DNA from: Octopus sinensis
Lineage: Eukaryota
Length of the DNA: 64,000 nt
NCBI RefSeq assembly: GCF_006345805.1
Contig: NC_043008.1
Span: 7,626,001 to 7,690,000, forward strand
Reading direction: 5' to 3'
Each line of letters opens with the position of its first letter. Position 1 is the stretch's first letter. This document shows positions 13,371 through 27,516 of the stretch, piece after piece. Under the pieces are notes generated by a model. That model saw nothing but the letters and a program-made list of their open reading frames with translations. It did not search any database and was not told the DNA's origin. A program made the translations under genes and the position numbers.

Positions 13371-13895
13371 CCTCTTCCCCTCTTCATCTAACCTCCTCCC
13401 CTCTCATCTCTCCCACCCACCTTTCTTCAATTGCTCCGACTCCTACTTCTTGTCTTCACTCCTACTCTCCATTTCCCTTCTTTTTACTCCTACCCACTTT
13501 CTCGCTTCCCCCTTCATCGTCACCCTTCCCTCGATACTCCACCCCACCCCTATGCAATCTAACCGCAACTTTCCTATCCATCCCATCACACCACACCACA
13601 CACCACTACACCATACACCACCATACCACACAACACATCACATCACACCAGCACTGACCACTTCCCAGCCCCACATCTACATACCTACACATCCGCACAT
13701 GCACACGTCAAGGTCACCAGAGCTCTTCCACACGCACATACATACTCTCTTGTACACACGCACGCGCACCTTCGTTTTGAGATCACCACTACTTTATTAA
13801 CTCCCTTTCTTCGTAGCTCTCCTGTGTGACGCGTCATGATAGATCGCTAGTCACTACACATTCTTTATGTTCTCTCCTTGTTTCTTTCTGTGTTC

Positions 13896-13931
13896 CTTTC
13901 TGTTGAAGAGCGTAGGCTCGAAACGTTAAAG
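13896..13931 (+). ncRNA. Minimal hammerhead-like motif, A6U core (CUGUUGA)
   Basis: CUUU CUGUUGA A GAGC GUAG GCUC GAA ACGU U AAAG: stem I 4 bp, stem II 4 bp, palindromic ACGU stem III. Confidence 0.6.
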
Positions 13932-14140
13932 ACTTTTTCACTTCCCGAGCGTTAAACTAATGCATCTGTTTGTTGTCTACACCACCTGTCTTCGTCTTTT
14001 GTTTTGTTGTGCATTCTCCTACACACACACACACACACAAACACACATATATATGTTTATATACACCTATGTTGATTCGCTAGCTTCTGCACGCATTTTT
14101 TTTCTCTCCTTGTTTCTCTCCGTGTTTCTTTTCTGTGTAT

Positions 14141-14176
14141 CTTTCTGTTGAAGAGCGTAGGCTCAAAACGTAAAAG
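14141..14176 (+). ncRNA. Second tandem copy of the minimal hammerhead-like motif (A6U, G12A; probably inactive)
   Basis: CUUU CUGUUGA A GAGC GUAG GCUC AAA ACGU A AAAG, 245 nt downstream of the first copy. Confidence 0.5.
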
Positions 14177-14815
14177 ACTTGTTTTATTTATATTCCTGGG
14201 CGTCATTCTAATACAATTGTTTGTTTGTTTTCCACCTGCCTTCGTCTTTTGTTTATTTTCATAAAGCTTCCCGTTACATATATTTATATATCCATACACA
14301 TGTACATGTAAAGATATTCATATATTTATGAATATATGTCTGTATTTGTGTTTGTAAGTGTGTATATGTATGTGATTGTGTGTGTACCTGAAACTTTAGA
14401 AATCATTCTTATATATGAAACATGTCGGCGCACATTAAGACTATTTACACTTTCATTCGTACTTTCGTAGTCTGTTAACTCGTATGTCAGGCCAACAACT
14501 TGCTATCTTCTTCAAATTCATGAACCATATTATTACCCGTCTTTCAGTATGTGGTATTTATACAGAAAATGAATCCTTGTTCTCAAGACAATAGGAGGAA
14601 CAGTGATTCGCATTCATACCCTGAAGAGTGTAAATGCTAGTTTTTCATTGTATTTCTGCCCTCATATTTTTTATATCCTCTGCAGAAACATCTCAAAAAC
14701 TTACTCAGAGTTTCCCGTTTCTGTTTGTCAGACAGTTCTGCTTTCTTTCTTTATATGTATATATATAATCATAATGATAATACTAATACTACTACTACTA
14801 CTAATAATAATAATC

Positions 14816-14885
14816 AGCGTCCAATAATAATATATTTGTTCCACGTCCTCGCTTTGGTGTGGATATTTGTGCTTCTTGTTTGGAT

Positions 14886-14890
<5 letters not shown>
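14816..14890 (+). mobile_element. 3' fragment of the short hammerhead-bearing element seen at 39411-39610
   Basis: agcgtccaataa...tttgttccacgtcctcgc...cttgtttggattaac aligns to the reverse complement of 39411-39487; it abuts a (TA)n array. Confidence 0.6.
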
Positions 14891-14974
<84 letters not shown>

Positions 14975-15579
14975 GTATGTAGTATGTATGTATGTATGTA
15001 TGTATGTATGTATGTATGTATGTTTCTATGTTTGTATGTATGTATATATGACTGGTTTCTTTTAGTCTCCATCTATCAAATCCGCTCCCATGGATTTTGG
15101 TCAGCTCCAGGCCGACAACATAGATTCAGAAAGCACTAAAGGAGACAGAATTTATATAGTAAGAACCGTATGTCAATTTTTGTGAATAACCGAAGGGAAA
15201 ACAATGTACAACAGTATGGATATAAAGAAACCGATATTCCTTTGGAAAGAATCAATATTGTCCAATAACGATAGGATGATCGATATTTTCGGCGGCTACG
15301 AATATCGTTGGGTTGTTCCTATACGCAGATGTTGATTAACCCACAGTGCATTCTGAATATTAAATATATTGGAGATGGAGAGGAGAAACGGAGAGAAATA
15401 CGTTGTGTTATTGCACATGGATATATATTAGTTAAATATGATTCGTGGAAAAGCCTGTAGGGCGTTGTGTAAAGCTCGTCGTAAATTAATGGCTGTCATC
15501 CAGTAGCAGAAAAGCTCTTGCTTCTAGTTAGACATTAGGAGCTTTGTAGTATCAGTAGTATCAGGAGAGTTTATATAAG

Positions 15580-16130
15580 TAGATAAATGATACATACATA
15601 CACTCATTCTTTGTGGATGAATTAAAACCTTATGCAAAGAATATGCATGAGATGAAAAAGAGCCTTGACCTAGATACATCATTCTCAAAGGATGTGGGGG
15701 TTGATGTTTCGTGAGGAGAAATGTTACTATATGGTTGTGAAAAGGCGGAAAACTATAAATCATGCCAATAACATCTCTGTCAAAGACTTCACTGTTTCTT
15801 CTGTATCCGACGAGGAATGTTACAGGTATATAGAGGTGGATGAAAATATATCTTACAATGGCACCTGTGACAAAACACATGTCACTAAATAATATTGCAG
15901 CCGAATAAAGAAAATTTGGACCTCAGAGCTCATACCAATATATGGGCTGCTTGATTGGCCGCTTGTTGAGAGGCGATCCATTAATGTGAAAACCTAAAAA
16001 ATGCTAACTATCACACATAATTCTCGCTTAAACACTGACGTAGACTGTCTCTACCTAAAACGAAAAACAAGGCGGCAGGTGTTTAACATTCATCCTTTGA
16101 ATGTCGCATCTTTTAAACACTAAGTGATGG
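15580..16130 (+). pseudogene. R4/Dong-type non-LTR retrotransposon RT/thumb remnant
   Basis: HSFFVDELKPYAKN (YADD-equivalent), FSKDVG-MF-EEKC, ECYRYIEVDE, RIKKIWTSEL and TDVDCLYLKR match the conserved R4-clade blocks. Confidence 0.7.
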
Positions 16131-16713
16131 AGTGCATTCCCTGACCAAGCTTGCATATATGGGGCTGATAACTTCATAAAGCTTGGAAGGCAGCTCCTTG
16201 AGCAACACTCTTTGTCTGATAACCTAGAATGCATGTTCAAAGAACTCCCACAACTCTACCGCAACGTATCATCAGATAAACAATCTACTTCTTGCATTCA
16301 AATTCAAAATGGCTGAAGATTAACCGCACGCTTGAAACTCTTGGAGCGCAAACAAATTTGAATCAAACTGTTTTGATCCATACATGTAACTCCCAATAAA
16401 TGTTCTGCAGTGCTCTTCTTTCGTTTGTCCACTCACACGTAAATATATAAACACGTAAACACATAAACACATAAGCACACACACACACACACGTATACTA
16501 ATATCCACTATGTAAGACAGACACATTATACGATGAAAATGCCATGCTGATTGTTGTATCATAATTATTGCAGATAAATCATGGAAAGCTAAATTAATTG
16601 CGGTATTTGCGCTGAGATAATGCTGGACATGCTGTGTCACATAACACATATATATATGTATATATATATTTGTTTCTGTAGTTTCAGCTCAGAGCTGCGA
16701 CCATGCACTGCCG

Positions 16714-16766
<53 letters not shown>

Positions 16767-17185
16767 TAGCCGCTGAAAAATCGTCTAGCATCTATGGTGT
16801 GAATACTACATGGGTACTGAACCATTTTTGGGCTGCGCCAACAATTTTTCTCCATTGGTAAATGCTTGTTTAGAAAAGAAGTCTTCGTTACTTACATATG
16901 AGAACCGGGATAGAAAAAGCAGTTAAACTACCAGTTGACGGTTACCTGAATGAAAATTCGTAATGTGCAAGAGAATAAATATCAGATTAGAAAATCAACC
17001 TATGTATCATGTTTACTAAACAAAAAATATGTTGGAAAAGATAAATTTACTGCCGTTTTTCCTCCGGTGTTAAAATCGTTTATGGACATGCTGTGTTCAA
17101 AAACGCAATATATGTATCGATATGCTTAGATTAAATATAATACATACATGGTGGCCATCTTAACTGCTTCTGTTGCGCATAACGG

Positions 17186-17243
<58 letters not shown>

Positions 17244-18072
17244 ATATATATATATATATACATATATGTATGTATGTATAAATAGATAGATAGATACATA
17301 GTTGTATGTATGTATAGGGTATCGGATGTTCATGTGCATTTGCGTATGCATATGTGTGTATATTTGTACAAATGGACATATAATCAATATTAATAATTTA
17401 TTGCTGTATACAATAAGATGCCTGATGGATGAGGATGAATATAACTAATCTACCGCCAAAGTAAATTTTTGCCTGTGACAGTGAATCAATAGGCAAGGAT
17501 TGGTCCATTAGTGCAGGTGATAGATAAATCAATATAAACCGTGTAGTTCACCGTGTCCCTTACAGGCTTTTTGCAGACCATCATCTATATTTTATACAAT
17601 AAACCTAATGTACATGAACCACTGTCTTTTATCATGCCTATTATTATGCACATTGACTTTGTAGCGCCTACTATGAGCGGAAAGAAGTTGAATAATTGAA
17701 GCATTTTATTTCCCTTACGTCATATTTCGGCTTGGAAAATGCTCGATCAATTCAACGTACCATATCTTTCCTTTGTTCCGAATTTGGCGCTGCAGCTAAA
17801 TAGTAAATCGTGTTTATATTCTTTTTTTTTTCTCCATACCAGAACGGGAGAAGTTTCTGTACTTAGAGTTTTGTGACTTATAGACTCTTTGGTCCAATTT
17901 TCAGGTTTTCTGGTTAGCCTAATTTCAGAGGATGAGTATCCATCACTTATTATTAGTACTATTAGAGTAATATATTATCAGATAGCAATAGACTTAATTG
18001 AAGAATCCACAAAAACACAGTTGAGAAATAGAAAACAAACTGAAATTTTCTACTAACATATTTCAATATTCT

Positions 18073-18290
18073 AAGATGACGAGCTTGTAGAATCGTTTGC
18101 ACGCCAGACGATATGCTACTAAGAATTTCGTCCGTCACCATATTCTGATTTCAAATACCGCCGGGGTCGAATCTGTCTTTGATCTTTTCGGGGTCCGATA
18201 GAATGAACACCAGTTGGACACCGAAGATCAATGTAATGGACTTAGCCCCTGCCTCCAAACTGCTGGCCTTGTGCTAAAATTTGAAATCGA
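18073..18290 (+). mobile_element. SINE family M, diverged, alternative tail, with apparent target-site duplication
   Basis: Head and core similar to 4258-4527; atatttcaatattc occurs on both sides. Confidence 0.7.
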
Positions 18291-18384
18291 TATATTTCAA
18301 TATTCAGCTATGAAAAATCCTTCGTTGTTGTGAATATGCCAGAAATATCGCTTAAGGGTAACTTGATACAAACATCCAAGCATG

Positions 18385-18500
18385 CATCAGTATAAACAAC
18401 AAACAGATGTATTAGTTTAACGCTCGGGAAGTCTTTTACGTTTCGAGCCTACGCTCTTCGACAGAAAGGAACACAGAAATAAACAGGGAGAAAAAATAGA
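18385..18500 (-). mobile_element. Short PLE-terminus-derived element carrying a minimal hammerhead motif (18433-18468)
   Basis: Reverse complement CUUU CUGUCGA A GAGC GUAG GCUC GAA ACGU A AAAG plus flanks homologous to 13870-13990. Confidence 0.75.
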
Positions 18501-19155
18501 AACATTGTTTGAAGTTTATTGGAAATGATATGTTTTGATTCACATACTACATAGTTTCCACACCGAGGATTCATCGGGGAGCGAAATTTTCAACTCGAAG
18601 TGTTTTCTAGATATTTAAAAAAGAAAATAAACGAATGTATGTGATGATTGATAGTGCATATATATAATCATACGCTGTATGCGGATATCTACTTAAATCT
18701 TGAAACCTGTTTGCACGTATTTAAGGATGAAGTTGGTCAGCGTAAACATATTATTGTAATCCTACATGACATTTAATTAAATCCAGAATGGACAATTGTC
18801 TATGCATTCTTTCTTCATGAAACATTTGCGGTCTGCGGTAGAAGGAAACTGAAGTGGTCCTTTGCATCCGTGTTAAGCAGGCCTTTAAACATTGTTTATC
18901 CAGTCATACATTCTCATTTCTGAGGAGACGTAACTGCCATTCTTTGAACACATTGCAGGATGATTCAACTTGTTAAGAGTAGTTAAGCAGATATTTACTT
19001 ATGTCATTGTAATGCACTGAAATCAGTCTCCGTAGAGAGAAGACACTTCCCACTCGTTGCACTTTCCCTGCATGCACTTGGCCAGAGAACGGTCCTGTTT
19101 AAACGAAGAAATTCTTGGAACGATTCTCTTTAATACCATGATCCGGAGAAGTTTA

Positions 19156-19186
<31 letters not shown>

Positions 19187-19330
19187 GGTGGTGGTGGTGG
19201 TTGTGGTTGTGGTACTAGTAGTAGTAGTAGTGGTGTGGTGGTGGTGGTTGTGGTTGTGGTACTAGTAGTAGTAGTAGTGGTGGTGGTGGTGGTGGTGGTT
19301 GTGGTAGTAGTAGTAGTAGTAGTAGTAGTA
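19156..19330. repeat. Compound (TAG)n/(TGG)n microsatellite with block duplication
   Basis: Direct reading of the sequence. Confidence 0.93.
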
Positions 19331-19347
19331 AGAGCAGCAACGGTAGT

Positions 19348-19726
19348 GGAGGTGCAGTGGCCCAATGGTTAGGGCAGCGGACTCGAGGTCGGAGGATTGC
19401 GGTTTCGATTCCCAGACCGGGCGTTGTGTGTGGTTATTGAGCGAAAACACCTAAAGCTCCACGAGGCACCGGCAGGGGATGGTGGCAACCCCTGTTGTAC
19501 TCTTTCACTCCAACTTTCTCTCACTCTTTCTTCCTGTTTCTTGTCCCCGACTTCCTACGCAACAGCTGAGCCTGGATGCGCAGTCATCCTTCCTTCGATG
19601 CACTCGGTGCCGGGGGTTGACTTGCTTTCTCTTCTGCGGGTCTTACGAAAAGCTAAAGTACCACGTATCGGACTTCTCCCACTAATGGGACGAAGACCAC
19701 TTCGCTCAACAAACAAACAAACAAAC
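19348..19726 (+). mobile_element. tRNA-derived SINE, head B + tail 2 ending in (AAAC)n
   Basis: First ~190 nt match 7579-7770, then an unrelated GC-richer tail with terminal hairpins and aacaaacaaac repeats. Confidence 0.8.
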
Positions 19727-22700
19727 AGCAACGACAGCAGAAGAATGGACAGAGTATGGAAGAAAATTTAAGATCCGGTGTTTCAAACTTACACTGCCGC
19801 TACGCAGAGTTCCTTTCACTTTCATGTAACCATATATATTTCTCTTCGTGTATTACCATCATCGTGTAGAGATGAGGGAGTAAAGTACCAGCTTCATGTA
19901 AATATCTCTACCCTGAAACATGTAGCATTGAGTATTATTCGTCTTTTCCCGTTAAACCAGAACTTGTTCGTGCGTGTCCATTTACGTATGTGTGGGTTGG
20001 TAATCTCCATAACTCTCATTGATTCACTGTTACTATATATAATTTAGAATATTTTTTCATCGGTGATAAAGCTCGTCCTACAGGTTGGCTATTCATTTCA
20101 ATAACTCCATGAAAATGAGGTTGGGTAAAAACATATCAAAAATAATAATTACTGTTGGCCAAATTGATCAATTACTGGAAAATATTATAGTTGTTTCTAT
20201 TATATGTGCTTGTGGGTGTTGACTGGTTTCGATCGCATTTCATGCGGCTTTTAATAAAGTCTAACATCTAGCCGCTATTATTGATTAGCAATGAATGCGT
20301 CACACCATTCACTGTAGCCATAGAATTATTCATTAATTTTCTAAAGGGAAACTACAAACAACAATATTCGATCAAATATATTTTCGTTTGTATAGTTGTC
20401 TGAATGTTGAAACAAGAATGATTAGTCAAAATGCATGACGTTTTTTTTTTTCATTTCTGTATATTCCTCAACTGACGTCCTTTGTGTCTCTGTCTCGCTT
20501 GAACTTTTATATTTTTTTCCCCTGTTAAATGGAAATATTTTCATGCATATGGTTTTACACACGTTAAGTCTTATATTTACAAATGCATACATAGAAACAC
20601 CTACACTCACTCACACAGTCACATATACAAATACATACATGCATGCATGCATAAATACATTCATACGCATGTTTTTGTGTGGGCGTTTGGGCGTGTGTGT
20701 CTATGTGTGTGCGTGTGTAATTATGGAATTAATATCTTGCAACAGTAATGAAATTATTTTTCTGCGCAACACGTTTTGAAAACGCTCAAACATTATTAAC
20801 ATTTATAGATTTAGAACGAATAAGGATAATCCTTTTATGAACAAAACTTAGTTATTTTCACTTTTCATGTTATTTTACAGACTTCGGAATAACACAGGCT
20901 TGGCTTATTCTGCCAGTTGTGTCTCATTCTGGGTTCTGCTCATAAAAATGTTACGAGAGATCTTTTTGAAGAAATATTTGTAATAGGTGCAGGTAAAGCT
21001 GTGAGGTTAAGAAGATCGTTCGGTATCCACGTTGTTTCGTGATCGACCCTAATTCCCAGTCAAAAGACCAATGTATCGTGAGTGAATTTGGTAGACGTAA
21101 ATTGTGAGGAAGCTTGTCGTTTTACATCCGCACACGCACACATGGACGTATGTGTGTGTGTATGTGTGCGTGTGTGGTGCAAAAGTACAAAAAACTAAAG
21201 ACTGCATTACTAACATCTACACCATCTGCGCCATAGAGAGATATTATCGTAAGTCTCATAATGGCGCCTTCAACACATCTTCACGTCATCACCTCACACA
21301 TAACAGCACCTCCTTCTTACTCTTTTTCCCATCTCCCACTTCATACACGTCTGCTTCTTGTTACGTTGACACAGAAATTTTATTTTTTTTACGTGCATAT
21401 ACTGACACATAACACATTACACACAAACCAATCACGTCTTGATTCACACCTTCGAATCTGCATCTGTTTCTTCGGTAAACGTGCTCTCATCACTCGACTG
21501 TTTTATCACTGACTACACTCTAGCGGCCGATCACACAAACAAACAAAAATACATATTTTAGGATAATTTCCACCATTAGAAGTAGCTGCCCTCTAAATTC
21601 ATGTATGAATTTCGTTCTTGCCGTTTCATTTCGCACCTTCTTTGTCTCTTTGATGTTGCACCTTAGGTTTGGAATTTGATTTTCTTCTCACATTTCTGCC
21701 ATCATCATCGACTTTTGCTTTAATTTTGTTCTCCTTCTGACATTTTAGATTTTACTCTCATCTCAAATAGTTTCTTTTATCTTACGGTTTTCCCATGCCT
21801 AATTTGTTGTTCCCTGGCTAATTATTTAACACGTGTCTCAATGTTTAATTTATTGCTTCACCCAACTGTCTACATCACTGTTTTCTGCCATAAATTATGT
21901 GATTGTTTACGTACATGCACAGACACACACACTAAAACGCCGTTTGATTTACACACGCTTTCACCTCTCCTCATCACCCTACACATATATTTCGACACCA
22001 TTTGTCACATACGCTCACACACTTACATAAAGATGCACACATTATCCCATCTACACTTTCCCTTTGCCTATGTACCTATGACAGACACAGTGACATCACA
22101 CCTCAAATCTTCAAACAATAATACCAAATTTACTTCTGTACAGATACATAGGTATACACATACACACGCAGCCGCATAAAACTTATCCATAATAACAGTT
22201 TAAAGCTGACTCTTTCTCCGCTGCGCCTTTTCAGGAAAAAATAATTATAAAGGTTTTTACGTTTTTCATTTAAAATATGATTTTCTCCTTTTTATCTTTT
22301 CATTTTAAACATTTATTGTATCTCTCTGACTAACGTTCTCTCACATACACTCTCTGCCTCTCCCCATCTCCTTTTGCCCTCCCCCTTCTCTCTCACATTC
22401 TCTTCATATTCTTATTCAGAAAATTGACAAACTTCCGAAGCGTTCGGTCGATACATATTCATATCATTTCTCATTGTGGAGCGTTAAAATGAAACTGTAT
22501 TCTTCGCAATTTGTTGTTTCTGTATAATAATTTCTGTATCATTTTGTACTATGTTACTTAATCTCTGATAGCTTCTTTATGTGCACATCTGAGAGCACGT
22601 TTGTGTGTGTGTGTGTGTGTTTATGTATTTATACGCATGTGTCTGTGTGCAAGTATGTGTATATACCCAAGGTAAAGGTTGGAATGGCGTAGCGAGTTTC

Positions 22701-24017
22701 GTTTAACGGGATCGTTTTGTTTTCTGCTCTATTCTAGAGTTGATATGTGGAAGTATATCGGCGTCAGTGCTTTTGCGTTCGTGTCCTGATGTAAGGAAAG
22801 AAATCAAAATGAACCACAATTAATTAAGTAAATCAAGAAATAACAGATGAAGAAAGACGTTTGAAAGAGCTAACATACTGTCGTTCTCGTTCTCGCTATG
22901 GACCTCTTACGGCTCATGGCTCATCTTTCTCTCTGTGCGTGCTACAGGGTAGTTCTTCTGAAATCGAAGAAAAGAATCTTGAGGGTTCATTATGTTGGTA
23001 AATGCCTTCCGTTGTACGTATGCATTTGTGTGTGGGTACGCTAAATGTCTGAGGAGTATAATATTTTCTTTGCCGGTATACATATCCCTAAATGTGTGCT
23101 CTTTGCACGGGGCGGTAAATGCGGCTGTGCTTATCTCTGTTATTCTTTCTGAGTATGAGCGGGTGTAGATATATTGTTTCTATTCAAATATTTAATCTGT
23201 GTGGAATTAAATTCCTAACATGCGTGAGCTTGCTTGACTTTGCTTTCATTTAATGATAAGCATGCGTGTGGATGTAGAAAAAGACTCGTGAATCAGTGTG
23301 GATATAAACGCGTACGTGCGCATGCGTGTGTGCTACGATTATATTACGGCGGGATACGTTCGAGCAAACGCGAGTTGAGATCTTCCATGTGTATGTGTTT
23401 GTTTGTGTGTGTGCGTGTGTGGATGTGTTTGTGTGTTATCATGAGATAATTGTGATCTGTAAATAGGAACCAGAGAAAGTAGAATGAACATGCAATGCGG
23501 AATGTGCACACAAAATTCGTGAAACGGAAGAGAAAATTAAGACACAACGCAAACATCAAAATAAATCGAGCGAGAACAATAAAACGCAATGACAAACAAA
23601 TTACGCCATGGCCAAACTGCCACATCTCATATGCTTTGCTGCAATTTTCTTCTTTGGACTGTATGCGACATTGTGTGGAAGTGAGCTTGAACTGTGCGAA
23701 AACTTGGCTAATTCCTTTCTTCCTCTTTTCGATTAAACCCTACTAATACACTCCTATTTTTAGGTCACTTTAAATAAAACCCTTAGTTCAATAACACTGT
23801 ATATAAACTGTATACATGGAATGACCAATTTTAAATACTATTGGATTTTACTCAAAAGGTATTGGAATCTTTTTTGTATACAATTCTGCCTTCAAAAATG
23901 GATCTGCAAATGCAATATCTCTACATATCTCACATCTATTTTCTTTTATTTCCTCCACTTCACTCTCTTTTTTATATCTTATCTAAATCAACTATTTCTT
24001 AACCAACCTCTCACGCC

Positions 24018-24065
24018 GTCTCCGATGAAGGGATATAATAAATATCCTTGAAACAGCTGTAAGAC
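24018..24065 (+). ncRNA. Minimal type-I hammerhead motif, U4C core (CCGAUGA), within a probable PLE 3' remnant (~23860-24110)
   Basis: GUCU CCGAUGA AGGGAUAU aauaa AUAUCCUU GAA ACAGCUGU A AGAC: 8-bp stem II, perfect palindromic stem III, GUA site. Confidence 0.75.
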
Positions 24066-24278
24066 CTTCCATATATAAATGTTCTAAAATCTACACAGCC
24101 TTTTTTTTTTTATCTCATTACGAAAAAAAAATTTATATACACACGTTGACATATGACCAACGTTGAACACCTTATACGTATAATCACCGAACGTGGAACT
24201 TAATTACGGTCCATCTATAGCACTTATACAGCATTACCTGACACCTTTGTATCTCAATGACACCATTACCTCTAATTA

Positions 24279-24312
<34 letters not shown>

Positions 24313-24789
24313 TTTGTGAATGTGTATGTGACGCGCTGCATACACACACTGATAAATATGTATATACAAATGAGTGTGTGTGAGCATGTGTGCTTAATAA
24401 TTATATGGAGACTCTAAATGATATTTGCACATAAAACTGAAATGCGAAAACACATACAGCAACTTGCATCAGCAACTGCAAAAACATACCGATAGAGACA
24501 GCAAAAACATTAAACAAATACCTAAAATGCCGATGAAAACCAGGTCTAAGTAGGGTGTTCAGTTAGTTTTCATTTTGACGTGTCATGATACATTTGGAAT
24601 AAACTTTATCATAATGGATAATCAAGAAAATGATGGTTGTCTTACAACAAGCCGAGAATGCACTACCGTTTAAAAGGCACTACGGTTTTACTGTCCATCT
24701 CTCTGTTTATTTCTCTATCTACCTACCTACCAGTCTACCTCCTTCTCTACACACGAAGACCTAGACACATAATATATTATATGTATTCT

Positions 24790-25167
24790 TTTATTCTTTT
24801 ACACTTTTCGGTCATTTCACTGCAAATATGCTGGAGCACCGCCTTTTGTCGAGCAAACTGAAACGAGGACTTATTCTTTGTAAGCCTCGTAATTATTCTA
24901 GCGGCGTCCTTTGCTGAATCGCTATATTACAGGGACGTAAACAAACCAGCATTGGTTGACAGTCGATGATGTTGGGAGAACAAACACAGAGACACAAACA
25001 CATACACATACGACAGGCTTCTTACAGTTTCCGTCTAACAATTCACTCACAAGGATTTGGTCGGCTTGAGGCTATAGTAGAAGACACCTGCCCAAGGTGC
25101 CACGCAGTAGGACTGAACCCGGAACCATGAGGTTGGTAAGCAATTTACTTACCACACAGCCTCTCCT
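24790..25167 (-). mobile_element. Long tRNA-derived SINE family C
   Basis: Reverse complement has ggctgtgtggtaag...gggttcagtccta...caccttgggcaggtgtctt and the shared gctccagca tail; same family as 44430 and 54787. Confidence 0.85.
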
Positions 25168-25395
25168 TTATTTATTTATTAAATTATATATATATACATA
25201 AATGTAAATATATGTATATATATGTGTATATGCACATATATACATAATGTATTGAAGTACATACATATATTTGTAATAAAATGCTGATGTATACAAATAT
25301 ATTCGTGTACGTATATAAAACTATATATATATTCAGATATATATATCTATATATATATATGTAATATATATATATATATATACATATTTATGTAT

Positions 25396-25454
<59 letters not shown>

Positions 25455-26090
25455 CAAAAGCCTCCAGTGTTTTGACTGATTATTGGTTTTAAGTGTTTTC
25501 CTAGAAAAACTTCCTTATATCATAGCATATAATAAGTGGCTTTTTCATTCATTCTTCCATTCAATCAGCATTAATCAATTATTCCACCCTTAGTAGTCAC
25601 TAACCTCAGCTCCCCCCCAACCTATTTTGCTCTATTTAACTCGACACTGCATTCATCTCTTTGATTAGTTGCAGGCTTCTTCTGGCTGCTCCTCGGTTTT
25701 GTCTCCACCAGCCATTATAATTAAACTTTCATTTCCCTCCTATATATCTATTATCCAAATTTTCCGATACTTTCCCCCTTTTTTTGTTTAGTTTTGCATG
25801 TAGATATACGTCTGTATATACGCATGCGCGAACACTCACATCTGTGTCTCCGTTTCTTATCAAACTCACACACACATATATTTGCATGCATACATACATA
25901 CATACATGTACACATGCTTACATGTAATATATGTGGGTTCACATAAGTATATATATATACACACACGTAACATATATATATCATGTGTAAATATACACAT
26001 ATACATATATATATATATATATGCATATGAATACATACATACTCATTTATAAACATATATATAAACGTACAAAACTGTCTATCTATCTAT

Positions 26091-26134
<44 letters not shown>

Positions 26135-26261
26135 TTATCTATCTCTCTCTCTCTATATATATGCATTTATACATACAAAAACACACATGTACAATGCATA
26201 CACGCAATATATGTGGGTGTACATAAGTATGTATATATATGTATATATATATATATTATAT

Positions 26262-26304
<43 letters not shown>

Positions 26305-26434
26305 TATATATTATATATATATATTATGTACATATATAGACATTTATATAAATATACATACATATATATATGTATATAAATATATACATATGCATATACA
26401 TATATACAAACGTACATATCTATCTATATGTATA

Positions 26435-26468
<34 letters not shown>

Positions 26469-26694
26469 ACATATATACACGGACATGTGCGTGTGTTTAT
26501 GCCTCACCCTTCTCTCTTACGGTCTCAATCTCCATATATATGAGTGTGAGCGTGTGTGTGTTTGTGTACGCATGTAATATGTTAGTGTTCCAAATGCATT
26601 AGAGAGCAAAATAATGTAAAGCATGAATGGTTCCACAGACAATTGTCTTTCAAAGGATTTACTACTTTGTTGCTTTTTTTTTATCGAATTAAAG

Positions 26695-26725
<31 letters not shown>

Positions 26726-26873
26726 AAACAACAACAAAAACAATAAGATCACGCTGTATATACAACAATAACCATGTTCAATTTGAACGAGGACAGGAAC
26801 AATCGCTCTCACTACTCCTCAGCGCTGTTCTGGTTCTGCCGCTGCTAACGCCCACTACCAGTACTACTACTTA

Positions 26874-26911
<38 letters not shown>

Positions 26912-27408
26912 ATGATACTACCACCACCACCACCACTACTACTTGTGGTACTACTACTACATCAATAACAACTACTACTACAACTAGTAGTGTAGGTGTT
27001 CCCACTTCTGCTGCTACTGTCAATACTACTGTTACTACTGCTGCCGCCTCCACCTCCATATCCACTATCACATCCGCCACCATTTCCGTCGTCATCTTCA
27101 TCGTTCATTTGGCCGTGTTCTTCAGTACTTAAACTACAGCTTATATTTCCATAATTAAACTTTCTTCTTCAGTGCCATGTTGTCCCAAAATATTCCAAAC
27201 GTCTCTTTAGCATTTGAATGCCATTTATAAGTTTTAATCTATATTTTGTTTTCATACAGTAAAAATATATTTTAATATATTTCGTTGTTAACACCTTTCA
27301 ATTTATAGAGTAACAGGAATATGCCAGGTTGTGTATATCTACTTATCTATCTATATCAATACACATATCTATATGTGTGTGCAAGCGTGTGTGCTTGTCT
27401 GTATCTAC

Positions 27409-27474
<66 letters not shown>

Positions 27475-27478
27475 TATA

Positions 27479-27516
<38 letters not shown>

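Larger units (their letters stand above)
12660..14290 (+). mobile_element. 5'-truncated Penelope-like element (Neptune-like) with pyrimidine-rich 3' region and two tandem hammerhead-bearing terminal repeats
   Basis: Decayed RT-thumb/linker (YPLTTIHTALPRA...PLPSFKRAHNIRDLLVH), Cys-rich linker and GIY-YIG, followed by two copies of a terminal repeat at ~13830 and ~14075. Confidence 0.8.
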
